A DNA stretch of 64,000 bases, taken from contig CP000066.1 of the NCBI GenBank assembly GCA_000002445.1, positions 1,152,001-1,216,000 of the forward strand, in the 5' to 3' direction. The position numbers and the translations under genes were made by a program. Each line of letters starts with the position of its first letter. Position 1 is the stretch's first letter. The DNA comes from Trypanosoma brucei. Taxonomy: Eukaryota. Below are positions 19,660-30,900 of this stretch, piece by piece. Under the pieces are notes generated by a model. It saw only the letters and a program-made list of their open reading frames with translations. It searched no databases and was not told where the DNA came from.

Positions 19660-20073
19660 CTAACGAATGCGTGCAAAATCCGCGTCTGTAGAGCCGAAGG
19701 GACAGTGGCCACTGCCCGGTAAGGCCCATACGCTGTTTGGCAGCGCACTTCCAGTCCACACGGCTACATGAGAATTAATGCGAAGCAACTCCTCCATTGC
19801 CCACGAGGGATCCGTCAGCGGTGGGCAACTGCGCACAAATTGCGCCGCCAACGGCACGTCGTCATCGTCATAAACCGCACACACGTCAAATTCACTGCAT
19901 GTGCCGGTGGTGCTGCCGCTCCGCGTGCCCCTTTCCTTTTTGTCATTTTCATCAGAATGTGAAGCCTCCGACTGCCTGATATTCTTCATTCCTTCCTGTT
20001 GGGCGTGCAGTAATTGCATTTCTTGCAGCAACTCCGTCCGAATGCGGATATCGGAGGGATTATTGCTGGACAT
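19660..20073 (-). CDS. Hypothetical protein, 137 aa
   Basis: True ATG (atgtccagcaataat). Same-strand ORF in the cluster with no recognisable domain. Confidence 0.35.
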   Translation of the reverse strand: MSSNNPSDIRIRTELLQEMQLLHAQQEGMKNIRQSEASHSDENDKKERGTRSGSTTGTCSEFDVCAVYDDDDVPLAAQFVRSCPPLTDPSWAMEELLRINSHVAVWTGSALPNSVWALPGSGHCPFGSTDADFARIR

Positions 20074-21209
20074 GGCAACACCAAACTATATCGCGAACGC
20101 ACGACTGTTTCCTGAACTTTTGAAACTTGTAAGCAGCAAGGCAAAGGCGCGTGTTTTCAAAGCGTTACATTTTTAACACACCAAATAGAAGAGGGGAGAA
20201 ATCAACAGAGGAAGGAACAAACGGCCATGCACAAAAGATAGAAAAGAGCAAAAGGTCGCAATCCAATTAAAAACCGATCTCTCGTGAAGTGGCACCGGAA
20301 TTAAACTCGATTCACCACTGCGACGAAAATACGATAATCCTTCGCAAAAGTTAGGTCAAATTTCACATCTCCCATAACCGTTAATACGTAAAAGTCACTT
20401 CATTCCTCTTTCAATTGCACGACCCGCACAACCGCGCCGATCACATTATGTGACGGCAATGCCGCCGACAGCGAGGCAAAATCCGTAACCGAATCACTAT
20501 TCATTCATTTCGCTCACACAAGCATATATACAGCAGAGCGAAAAAAGAAAAAAGGAATTAACAAAAAAAAACGGAAGCAGAGAAAAGCAACAAAACGTAG
20601 AGGGAAGTGCAAAAGCAGAAGCAAAAAAAAACCTCAGCTGTACGGGACGGCCGGCGGACCATCTTTCATTTTCCATACGTCAAATAAAGAGGCAATGATC
20701 AAACAAATAAAGTGTAGCAAAAATGCAAACACGCACATTCACAAGTTGAAAAAAAAAACACTGAAACCACAATCCGGAATTGTGGCAGGCCGTTCCCGGA
20801 CGGCTCACTTCACATGGGGGAAAAAAAGAGAAACGAATTAAAGTTAATTAGAATAAATTGAAGGATAGACATATACATGCATATGTTTAAAGATATTTGC
20901 TCATGACTAGGCATGGAACCCGAATTATTACCACATCTACAACACACACCGACAGCGTTCCTGCGTATATTTATTGTTTTTTTTTATTACGCCACTCGGA
21001 GGTAATCAACTTATTTGGTGTATCCACATCTTTTCCCCCTTGCTGTTTAGGCTCGTGTCTGTGCGCACTAAGGCAATTGTTTTTCCTCAGACATATATAT
21101 ATATATATATTCTTTTGGCGATGGCAGCCCTCTCTGCCCGCTTCACTCGCACCATACATCTCAAAAAAAAAAGGGGGGGGGCAGGGGTGCACCCCGGTTC
21201 GTTACATGT

Positions 21210-22436
21210 TTAAAGGCTTGCATTTCCATTGCGGTCTTTTGTTAGTGACGGTACCGCTTTGCGCGGTTCCGGTAATGCTCGGGGCAACGGGGAGGACGCG
21301 AAAGTTCCAACGTTTGTGGTCCGCTCGCCCAGCAGTACCGCATTGGTATCATTCCCCCATAAACCGTTCCCCCGCAGCTGGCAATTCCCCAAACCAGTGC
21401 CGACACAAGGAATACTGATGGGAGCCGCTTGAGTGGGCAACAGTACAGAAGTGTTTGGACCTTTCTTTTCCATTGAAGCCTTGGGGGATGAGGCCCATGA
21501 GCCCTTGAAGGGAGGTACTTTGCTTACGGGTGTGTGAACTTTCTCATTTGTAGGGCTGGCGGTGGAGCGGATCATAATGCATTTTCGTGGCGATCCGTGT
21601 TCAGACACATCTATTGGTGGCAGCGGGCTGCTGACACGGATGTTACTTTTGCCGCACATCGACTCAAGCGACTCCCTCGTTAAAACCAAACGAGGAACGT
21701 CCTCATTAACATCGTCCCCATGGCACTCCCTCTCATTATCCACCCCGAATCGTACGTTGGAGTCCTCCCTGATCATAACAACTTCCCTCCTCGATGGGCT
21801 CCGCGGCTCACACCCCTTAAGGGGCCTTCGCGTTTGAGAGGCCATCGCCGACGGGCTGCCGTTATCGGCTATACTGCTCGCCGCGGATGCTTTCTGATTA
21901 TGTGTAATACTCGCCTTAAAAGTTCTCGATGTCATGGAGCCTGGACTCGATGCTCTAGGACTCTTGCATGAGCAACCGCCCTTCCCATCCCGGCGGTAGA
22001 GTGGCGACCCAACCGACATTACCTTTTTGTGTGTGGTACCCAACCTGCTCCGTAGGACATTAATGGCAGCAGCCATGTCGATGCTACCAATAATAGAGTT
22101 ACAAGGGGAGGCTCCCATTTGATGTTCAGCATCCGTTGGTGAGTCGTCAACAGCCTCGCTGAAACTCGCACACGATGGCGATAGCGATTCCTCTGGATAT
22201 GATAGCGCTGTGCTGGATTTATAACTAACGTCACTTGACACAACGTGCGAATATGACGGGTCTGCAACGCCTCTGGCGAGCACCCCCACGCTCGTGTAAT
22301 GGATATCATTATTAGGTGTCATCACTTCACGTTCCTGCTTGGCACTACCACCCTGATCTGTGCCAAGATTTTCTTCTTCCTGACTTACACTCGCATCTGA
22401 TGTAACCTCTCGTGGATTTGGACCCTCTGCCGGCAT
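21210..22436 (-). CDS. Hypothetical Ser/Pro-rich low-complexity protein (about 408 aa from the first ATG; the track ORF starts at a GTG at 22487)
   Basis: The track start is GTG (gtgcgccgcggc), and the first ATG gives MPAEGPNPREV.... The protein is Ser-rich throughout and likely disordered. No domain recognised. Confidence 0.4.
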   Translation of the reverse strand: MPAEGPNPREVTSDASVSQEEENLGTDQGGSAKQEREVMTPNNDIHYTSVGVLARGVADPSYSHVVSSDVSYKSSTALSYPEESLSPSCASFSEAVDDSPTDAEHQMGASPCNSIIGSIDMAAAINVLRSRLGTTHKKVMSVGSPLYRRDGKGGCSCKSPRASSPGSMTSRTFKASITHNQKASAASSIADNGSPSAMASQTRRPLKGCEPRSPSRREVVMIREDSNVRFGVDNERECHGDDVNEDVPRLVLTRESLESMCGKSNIRVSSPLPPIDVSEHGSPRKCIMIRSTASPTNEKVHTPVSKVPPFKGSWASSPKASMEKKGPNTSVLLPTQAAPISIPCVGTGLGNCQLRGNGLWGNDTNAVLLGERTTNVGTFASSPLPRALPEPRKAVPSLTKDRNGNASL

Positions 22437-24214
22437 TTCGAGAGTTTTTAGCCTTTGCCAAATATTGATGAACCCGCCGCGGCGCACTCGAAAGAGTTTT
22501 CAACCGGATGCAAGTAGGTGGTAACGTACCGTAAAGGCAAGACACCTGCTGTCAAGCGACAATTAATGTTAAAAAAAAAAAGGGCGGCACCCCACTGGTT
22601 GTTCGAACAAGTACTGAGCTGTCTTCCAGTTCTCCTGCTTAAGGGTCCGCTTCACCTTATTTTCCCCAGCGCCTTCCCTTCGTTTATGCTCTCTTCCTTT
22701 TCTTCTTCAATCGCTTTTTCTGTCTTTTTTCAAGGACTGGAATCCACTGAACCGTCCCTATTTCTCTTCGCCTTTTCCGTTCGCGAAGGATCGCGCAGGC
22801 ACGCACACGGCGCAAAAAAAAATGTGAGGAAAAAGGTAAAGAGGACAAAAGAATCAGAAAGCACGAATCATTTGAGGGAGAAAAAAAAAACAACGAATGC
22901 ACACATGAAGAGGACTAAGCGTTAAAGTATATGCACGCATCACCGCCACAAGTCATATCACAAAGACAAACGGTACGAGGATTTAACGACGCGTGGAGAG
23001 CAGACGCCGTAATTGAAGCACACGCAAAAACGGCAGGACGCTGCGAAAAGGAGGAAGAAAAAAACGTGCACATGGCCTAACACCAATTGCAGAAGAAAAG
23101 GGGGAGGAATGAAAAGGCGTTGAATAGGCCGAATGAGGAACGCGTACGGAACACCAGAGGAGTGGGAAAATAAAAATAAAAACCTGCAGCAACGAAGACA
23201 GTAACAACCAATCAACTAGCCCAGGAAAAACAAAGAAAAAGGGAAATTATATCTTCAACACCCACGCGATAACTACTGAGTAAAAATAGATGAAGTACCC
23301 GCCCTCAGTGGCAAAACGAGGGGGAAAAATAATTCCCGGCACGAACAAAAGAACACACAGTGACATCGTCAGCAGTGGGTCGCTTACAGTTTCTGCTTCA
23401 CGCAATGGCGACAGTCCTCCTCCTTTACCCTTCTCTCTTTTGTAATGTCTCATTAGCGTATTTTATCTTTCTCTTCCGTTCACTTTCTTGTTTGCAACCC
23501 CCTTTTGTTGCCCCCCCCCCCGTTCCCTCCCCATCACTTTGAATATATATATATATATATATACATAAACATACATGTATATACAATTTAGCCGTTTACT
23601 TAGAAGAACCCGCTGCAAACGCTGCGCGCGAGCAGGGTAAAAGAACAACAATCTGAAAAGGAGAGGGGAAAATGAAAGGGGAAAAAAGAGAAATCAAAAA
23701 TAATGATCATAAAAGTTGACTAACCGCTAACCACTTGACAAAAATCCGGAGCCAGAGTTCGCCCATAACCAACTTTCCTCCCTTTTCTTCCCCTCCCTTC
23801 ACTCTAGGTTCACAACTACTCTTTACTTACCCTTTTGTTATTTAATACCAACCTCCCGTCCGGTGCAGAGTGTTGTCTCCACCAGTATGTGTGCGCCTGT
23901 GACACCTTATCCCTCATCTTTTTCTCATCCTGCTAGGACCTGTTCCAACCTTTCGAAAAAGTAGTGTGGAAACAGCCGAAGTTATTCTTCCTGCCTTCCT
24001 CTTTGTTTTAGTTTTCTTATGGTTTTTTCCTTTCGTCCTTCCTTCCTTCTTTCTTCCTTTTTTTCTTTTCCCCCTTGCCTTCCTCCCCATCCTCCTTTAG
24101 AAACAATACTAAAAGGATGGAAGGTGCATGTAGTCAAATCTAGCACTCGCCACACTTTGCACTCTCACTAACACACGTGCGAAGTCACCTTACCTCTACG
24201 CCAGTCTGCCCTTT

Positions 24215-26152
24215 TCAGTCCACCTTGATGCTTCCATATATTTTGCGAACAAACATAATTCCCGATGTGAGCCCCACTGCTCCCGCTGCCAGCCCATAGG
24301 CATACGATATCAATCCCATGTACAAGAAATACAGTAAAGAGGAAGCAAAAGTGTGAATTGCCAATTGCGTCATGTAGAAGAAAATCGAGTAAACGAAGAG
24401 CGGCACACCGAACCCACCAGGGATGAAGAATGCGGGCCACCACCACTGGTGATTCTCACGGCACAGAACGTAATATAGATGGAACACTGTGACAAGAGCT
24501 GTTATGATGACCCAAATAAAGCTCACCAACGCCAGAAACCCAAACACATAATACACCTGCCCAGACCACAGCGCCTGCAGGACAAAGTTGAGCTCTAATA
24601 TGATTGTACATAGCGGAAAGATGGGAGGAACCACCAGTAAAAACAGAGTCCGATTCATATACGTCTGTGGTGGAATCTCGCGCGCTAAACGGCCAACAGC
24701 GACAGGATTAGCGAGGGACTCCTGGCGGAATGAGAACGAGGCGCCGAGGACGGTAAGTGGAACACTGATAAGAATCCACAGCGACAGTAGAATAAACAAG
24801 AGCGAAAATGGAATCGTTCCCGAAGAGCCATGGGAATAATTGATGATATTGGCGAAGGTGTAGACGCCAACGATGGCGCCAGGGAAGGCGCAGCCGCAGA
24901 AAAAGATGTGCTTCCACTCACATCGTCCAAAGTACTTGAGCAAGAAGCCGCACACGTACCCAGACACAACTGACATAAACACGAACAGAAATATAACAGC
25001 ACTCAAAAGAGCACCGCGGCGGGCGGGAGAAAGGAAACCAAGCAAAGCAAATAACATTGTTCCGGCGCTCATGCCCAACACCTGGTACCCATTTCCAGTT
25101 AGGGCGGCAAGCAGTGGGGCGCGGTCTGGCGGCCGAAACACATCAGCATGAACAAGCTTCCAACCGCTTTCCTCCTCACCATCTTCCAGAACGGGGGAGT
25201 TGTAGCGGCTGAAGTCCTTGTGGAGAGTACGCATGAGAATGGTTGCGACAGAGGCGGCACACATGAGCACGACAACTAAACTGCTGCAGACATAAAGCCA
25301 GTGAAATGCAGGACTGGAATCTGCAACCGAGCTGTGGAGGTATTCATCCCACCGGGTGGCCCAAATAACATCAGATTTCTCCCATTTGACGCCATACGAC
25401 CAGTGCACAACGGCTCCCCCACGCACATCATCGGTGGTAAGATAGTCTAACGCGCTCCCAGTGGCGGACATATCCGCATTACAACTCAGCCCGTCATCAC
25501 TGTGTTTGATGCTATAAGGCGTGGCCTTAAGTCCAACTACCATGAATTTGTTAGGGTCATGAGGGGCATGATTGTACTTGATCACAAATTCAAGGTGATT
25601 GTTAATGAGTGTTTTACCGGTGCAGGCACTGGGCGTGCCAATCCAATAGCCGCGGTAGAAAGTGTGACGCATGTCCTTTGGGACGGAGGCACAATGAGCA
25701 AGCAAGTCCGGTGGCACCTCTCCGAAAACGGGAAGGTTGTCGATGTTCATGAAACCGCGATACCCCTTTTCAATGGAGCCCTCCAAGTCATCTATATTAC
25801 TCAAAATGGTCTTAGTGTTGGCAACTGCGTCACAGTTTGGAAGCACGGTACAGTTCGTGTTTTTCTTCATGTTTGTGACGTACAAGGAATTCTGTATACG
25901 ATCTCCCCATATGATTTCACCGATGGACTCGTCCTTTGTAATGATTTCACTCGGCCTACAGAAGGGAAGCGTGTAGTACTCCTTTGGGAACAACACCTGA
26001 AGTGAGCGAAGTGAGTTCACCCAAAAATGAACCTCGTCACCTTCAGCATAGTACCTGGGTTGAACACCTGGAATGTAAAAGGCGTCAGTCACAGCCAATG
26101 CAGAGATGAGGAAGGCAAAGACGCCAAGCGCAACACACGAGAAGCGAGTCAT
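24215..26152 (-). CDS. Transmembrane 9 superfamily protein (nonaspanin / EMP70, TM9SF)
   Basis: I moved the start to ATG 26152 (MTRFSCVALGVFAFLISALAVTDA, a signal peptide), because the track ORF starts at a TTG and translates a polypyrimidine tract. The lumenal N-domain begins FYIPGVQPRYYAEGDEVHFWVNSL, there is a nine-TM C-terminal half, and the protein ends ...GLISYAYGLAAGAVGLTSGIMFVRKIYGSIKVD, typical of TM9SF. Confidence 0.8.
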   Translation of the reverse strand: MTRFSCVALGVFAFLISALAVTDAFYIPGVQPRYYAEGDEVHFWVNSLRSLQVLFPKEYYTLPFCRPSEIITKDESIGEIIWGDRIQNSLYVTNMKKNTNCTVLPNCDAVANTKTILSNIDDLEGSIEKGYRGFMNIDNLPVFGEVPPDLLAHCASVPKDMRHTFYRGYWIGTPSACTGKTLINNHLEFVIKYNHAPHDPNKFMVVGLKATPYSIKHSDDGLSCNADMSATGSALDYLTTDDVRGGAVVHWSYGVKWEKSDVIWATRWDEYLHSSVADSSPAFHWLYVCSSLVVVLMCAASVATILMRTLHKDFSRYNSPVLEDGEEESGWKLVHADVFRPPDRAPLLAALTGNGYQVLGMSAGTMLFALLGFLSPARRGALLSAVIFLFVFMSVVSGYVCGFLLKYFGRCEWKHIFFCGCAFPGAIVGVYTFANIINYSHGSSGTIPFSLLFILLSLWILISVPLTVLGASFSFRQESLANPVAVGRLAREIPPQTYMNRTLFLLVVPPIFPLCTIILELNFVLQALWSGQVYYVFGFLALVSFIWVIITALVTVFHLYYVLCRENHQWWWPAFFIPGGFGVPLFVYSIFFYMTQLAIHTFASSLLYFLYMGLISYAYGLAAGAVGLTSGIMFVRKIYGSIKVD

Positions 26153-26788
26153 TCCGACCGCCTCCGCGTGCGCACGTGGGTAAATATGTAAAAAAAAAAA
26201 TGGCGATACGCTCAAAATAAGTGAAGAGAAGGTTTCTTTAATGTTGTTGTTTTGGGTGTAAGTGAGGGAAACAAAGATGTGGGTCAACAGAGAAGGTGAG
26301 AGGTGAAAGCGGTTAGTAAAAGAGCTCAAGAACGAAAAACTGGATTCAATGGAAGTCAGAGAAAAAATAGAATGCACCAAATAGAGCCACGCACCGCGAA
26401 GCATGCCCGCGTGCAAGTGGTGCTCATTCTTTCAACAGGATGCCGTCCAAGGGACTGCAACACACTTTTCAAATGGGGTGAAAGGGAGGGGGAACAACGT
26501 AAAAACATGTCCGTAACTATAAATTTTTCGTTACACACGTGCCAACGAAAAAAAAAAGGAGGTCAGTAAGAACGTGGTACCGGTGACATAGAAAGGATGG
26601 AAGACAATGACTCCCCAATTCACATCAGCAAAAACTCTCTTCACCACGCCAATGTCAAAAAGCCGAAGGCTGGACAGCAGCCACACCCCCGCTCTCCGCA
26701 CGAACCACTCGCTGGGGCCTAATTGCGCAACAGCCTTCACCCAAACCTGCACGAGTAAACCCATTTGTATCGTACCCTCGCATTTCCA

Positions 26789-27454
26789 TCACACCAAATC
26801 ATTGCGCCATGCCGCACGAGTGGGGACGCTGTCGGTTTGACCAGAATTTAGCAAGGCAGACCTCTCAACAGACGTTTTCGCAGGGTTTCCAACATTTTCC
26901 CTTGCTCTGTATGCCCCATTTCCCCCAACAGCGCGGGACGTCACGGGTGATGATGCGAGGATGATGTCCTGCAATTCGCGACGCCTACAAATGACAGCTG
27001 TCATGCCGCATGTTATGCCAAACCCCGACACCACTGACAACCACCACGCAAAGCCACCGCCCGTTACTCGCCATCCCACCAAGCAGCAGAAGAAAAAATA
27101 GATGACATAGGTTGTGAAAGCAAAGTCTAGTGCGAATTTACGGCGTTGTATAGTGTGTGCGAGTGGGTAGGACACCACAAGTGCAGTCATCACGTGCATG
27201 AAAAAGAACCGCGAGGCGGACCCATCAGCCATGTCCTCAACATGAACCATAAACAATGAACGCAGTGGTATGTGGAAGCAACGACTAAGCAACTTCAAGT
27301 ATGAAATGTTTTCGCTATGAGAGAAAAGGAGCAGCAACACGCCTAACGCAACGCGGACCATGGCCATGATCAAAAAGAAGGCACTCACTACATGAAGTAT
27401 TTGAACGGACACAAAACGTGGATCACTAAGCGATGCCCCCAAAGGGATCGCCAT
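26789..27454 (-). CDS. Hypothetical small polytopic membrane protein (221 aa, about 4 TM)
   Basis: True ATG (atggcgatccctttg). There are four hydrophobic helices. No family recognised. Confidence 0.4.
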   Translation of the reverse strand: MAIPLGASLSDPRFVSVQILHVVSAFFLIMAMVRVALGVLLLLFSHSENISYLKLLSRCFHIPLRSLFMVHVEDMADGSASRFFFMHVMTALVVSYPLAHTIQRRKFALDFAFTTYVIYFFFCCLVGWRVTGGGFAWWLSVVSGFGITCGMTAVICRRRELQDIILASSPVTSRAVGGNGAYRARENVGNPAKTSVERSALLNSGQTDSVPTRAAWRNDLV

Positions 27455-27907
27455 ACGTTTCGCTTCACGTTGATACTTTAATCGCGACTGTACCGTCTCG
27501 TAACTTGTTTCTCCGCCTCAGCTGCCCACTCGGAGCCCGGCGCCCCTTTTTGGGTCCACCCAACTTGCTTTTTTTTTCTTCTTGTCTGTTGTCGCCGAAG
27601 TCTCTTCAGCCTCCCCCTCCCTTCCTTCACTGCTTTTCAGCTCTACCACCAGAGTAATGAAGCAAAGGCATAGGGGAAAAGTGAAAAAAAAAAACGAGTC
27701 CGGGAAGAGCATCAGGGAAGCCTGGAACGATACACAAGTACACTGATAATTTCCATAAAAAATGAGAGAGGGTGACGTAGCGGTAGACGCTCCCGTAACA
27801 AACTATTTGTCCCCACCAAGAGAAACCCTGACAATAGTCGCGTCCCAGCGAGTTCGCTGCAAGTCGCACACCAACCACCTCTTCTCCGCACAGCACATAC
27901 ACTGGCA

Positions 27908-30900
27908 TCACTCAAGAAGCCCAGACTGCACGATATGTGCCAGGTTGTGCTCCGCGCTTAGCAGAGTGTCCACCGCGCGCTGTAGCTCTGCCGGTAGTGG
28001 CCTCAATCCACTCCAATGTGATTTTGCCGCGGCCCTAAGCTCTAGAAGTGTACTAAGGGATTCAGACCCACGCGTAACAACGGGAACGAAGCCATCCACC
28101 ACCGCTAAACCCGGCACATCATCCATGACGGCCAAAGTGCGAGGGTCATTGCAACATGCACTGGCCAACAAAAGCGCAAACGGGGTGGTAAATACTCCAA
28201 ACACCGGTTGGATCATACAGTGAGTGTCCCCACTAGTTGGAATCTTGTCAAACGCGGCAAAACAAGGAAGCGAACTGTAGACGCGGCTGGATGCAGTGGC
28301 GCCAGCGCCGGCAGATCCATCTCCGCTTTTTGCCACCACCCCGCCCCGCGGCTGACTAACACCACAAGAAACAAGCAGAGGGGGCGGCACACGCACGTTC
28401 AGAACCCTCTTCAGATCCTTAGACTCCACTGTGACCTGCGACGTCGCATTATGAGCTACTGCCCTCTTCTGTACGAAAGCGCGCGGGAATGAGGCAAACG
28501 TAACAGCGAGGCGCAGTCGACCCTCCCGTGACGGCGCAAGTCCGTCTGTTAACGGTTGGCATAACGCTTCCGCTGTGGGAATAGGCGAAGAGGTAAGAAG
28601 TACCCTGAGAGGGTCGAAGGCGGGCACACTTGCCTCAACGTGCTCAACTAATCGCCGCAGCCTTGGGACTATAATGTTAAGGAAGCGCTGCGCATCCTCA
28701 CTGAGAGCCGGCAACATAAGCTCAAGTACGTCATAACCACCAACCTCACCTCCACGACACGAGGAGCGGTGGCCATCAACAATTGACCCGCGGCCTGTTA
28801 GTGAAGATAACACTAGTGCTAGCACTCGAAGGCAGAGGTGTTGACAGTCCATCAAGAATCCAGCAAGGAGCAACTTGGCAAATTGCAGCGGCAGCGCGCC
28901 ATTCACTGACACCTGCTCACCACCATGTTGGGGAAGCGGCGGTGGCACGCAAGCTGCTAGAAGCGATAACGCCACTGTTATTAGATTAACTCCCTCAGCA
29001 TCGCCTTGCGATCTGCGCTCCAAATCCTCAGGGGAAGTGAGACCCATGGAAATGAAAAGATTGCGTGCGGCAGAAGGGAGTGTAAGAGGTTTGGGCGAGG
29101 TAAGTAATCCGAGTTCGCATTGAACCGCTGAAAGAAGCAACTGCAGTTCCTGTGAATCAAAAAATCCTTCCCCCCTTCGCAGAGATTGAACAAGTTGGGC
29201 ATATTGCTCCGTTCGTGGTTTCGAAGGAAAGGGGATTTTATGCTCCGAGAGGAGTGCGTGAAGAGGTCCAATAAGCTTCCCTTCATCAGCGACGTGAGAA
29301 GCGCCTTCAACTCTCAACTGCGGGTGGGACCGGAACATCTGTGCAGTCGCCTGAAACGCCGACTTCAACTGAAGCTGTTTAAATAGCTCGGCGATGGCCC
29401 TGTTCCTTGATTCTTCCTCGTTGTCGCAATACTCGCCTTTACCTGTCATGCGCAGACCGCTCTCATCTTCCATTTCCAACAGCGTGATAAGCGTCACCTG
29501 AGAAGATGGGCCAGTTGTAGCACGCTCCTTTACCATCAAGCGCAATGGTTTAAACGGCGCATGCAACACCGTGTAAAGTGCCATGACGGACAGCTTACCG
29601 CGAGGTGTAAAGTCACGGAGGGAGGAATCGTATATATCCTTGCTCTGATTCCGCAGTATCACACGCTTACTGTCGGTTACGCCGTCCGGCAGACGGCTAT
29701 TTTTTATAACACCAACTATGTATTCATAATGCATAGCGGCACGCGCCACAGATTCGTACCCTTCATCTCCCGCACCACGTGCCACAAAGTGGGTACCTAA
29801 AATTGGTTGCTCCACGAGGTACCGTCGGTTCGGTACCCTTCCGTACACTTCAAAGCGAAATGAGTACGGAGGTGGTGAAGGAAGTCCAGAGGCAGCACAC
29901 TTCTGGGGCAGTTGAGACCTGGCATTTGTGAAGAGCGGAAGGGCTTCGACGATATCAAGACCGGTGTCCTCTAGCTCCACACCACTCCTGGGAGCTCTCT
30001 TCTGTTCAAAAAGCGCATCGAAAATTAGGTGTTCTTTGCACCTCTTTATGTATGCGCGGCAGGCGGTGAGGTAACTTCCCCACACGAATGGCTTCCGACA
30101 CTCGGACCGCGGTGGTACCGTAGGCACCACTGGCTTCTCCTTATGCATATCGGGAAGACTCTTCAGTCCTGGCGGGGATTCTGTGTTGGCGGGCATCAGC
30201 GGGTCACCAGGCATGGGGGCCGGCCGACCCCTCCGACGTGCATTTCCAGCAAACTCCGCTTGCCTTGAACCACTGTAAACGGGCACGCCGAGAGCACCAA
30301 GCGTAAAGATAGCGTGCATGCAACATAAAGTATAGGCCTCCTTCTTCGTAGAGGCGCAGCCAACTGCATGTCGGCGGCCGAACTGTGTTGGTAGAGGAAT
30401 TTCAGCAATGGCACGGTGCACAAACCCATGGAGAGGGCTGCTGACATTGTACTGTCTTGTTACGCGGGAGACATCGACACCCATTCGTCGGCAATAAAAG
30501 TCGAAGAGACGCGGCGCGGTCTGAAGGATATCCGACGAATGCACTGACACTAACTTCGACAAATCGCACAATGTGTCGTCTTTTAGGTCAACGGAAGTAG
30601 GTGCACTCGGGGCCATCGTACTTCCCATGCTTGGAGTGCTTGACGTGACGTCGGGGAGACGTTGTGAGGGCGGAGGCGACTCCATCGCCGGCATTTCTTC
30701 CTTCGGTACAGATTCCCGCATCTTCGTTGTCGCCTCTTTTGAAAGTCGCGCCCACAGGCACGACTTTTCGTGCTCTTTACGCACGGGTGGGGGAATACAA
30801 ACAATTTGTCGTCTCTGTCCAGGTCCGAGCGGTGCCCAGCGCCCAAGGAGAGCTGCCGCACCGCTGTGTTTCTTCTGCAAGGCTGGAAGATCGTACATCG

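Noticed and set aside
24215-26416. Upstream 88 codons of the TM9SF track ORF; the same issue affects the 5' extensions of the ORFs at 18160..19281, 27908..33394, 34243..36852, 38317..42489, 50789..53563, 21210..22487 and 11487..12119
   Set aside because: The track ORFs open at TTG/GTG codons and read through S/F/L/P-rich polypyrimidine-tract sequence. The biologically sensible starts are the first ATGs that yield a signal peptide, presequence or domain start, so the 5' ends were trimmed.
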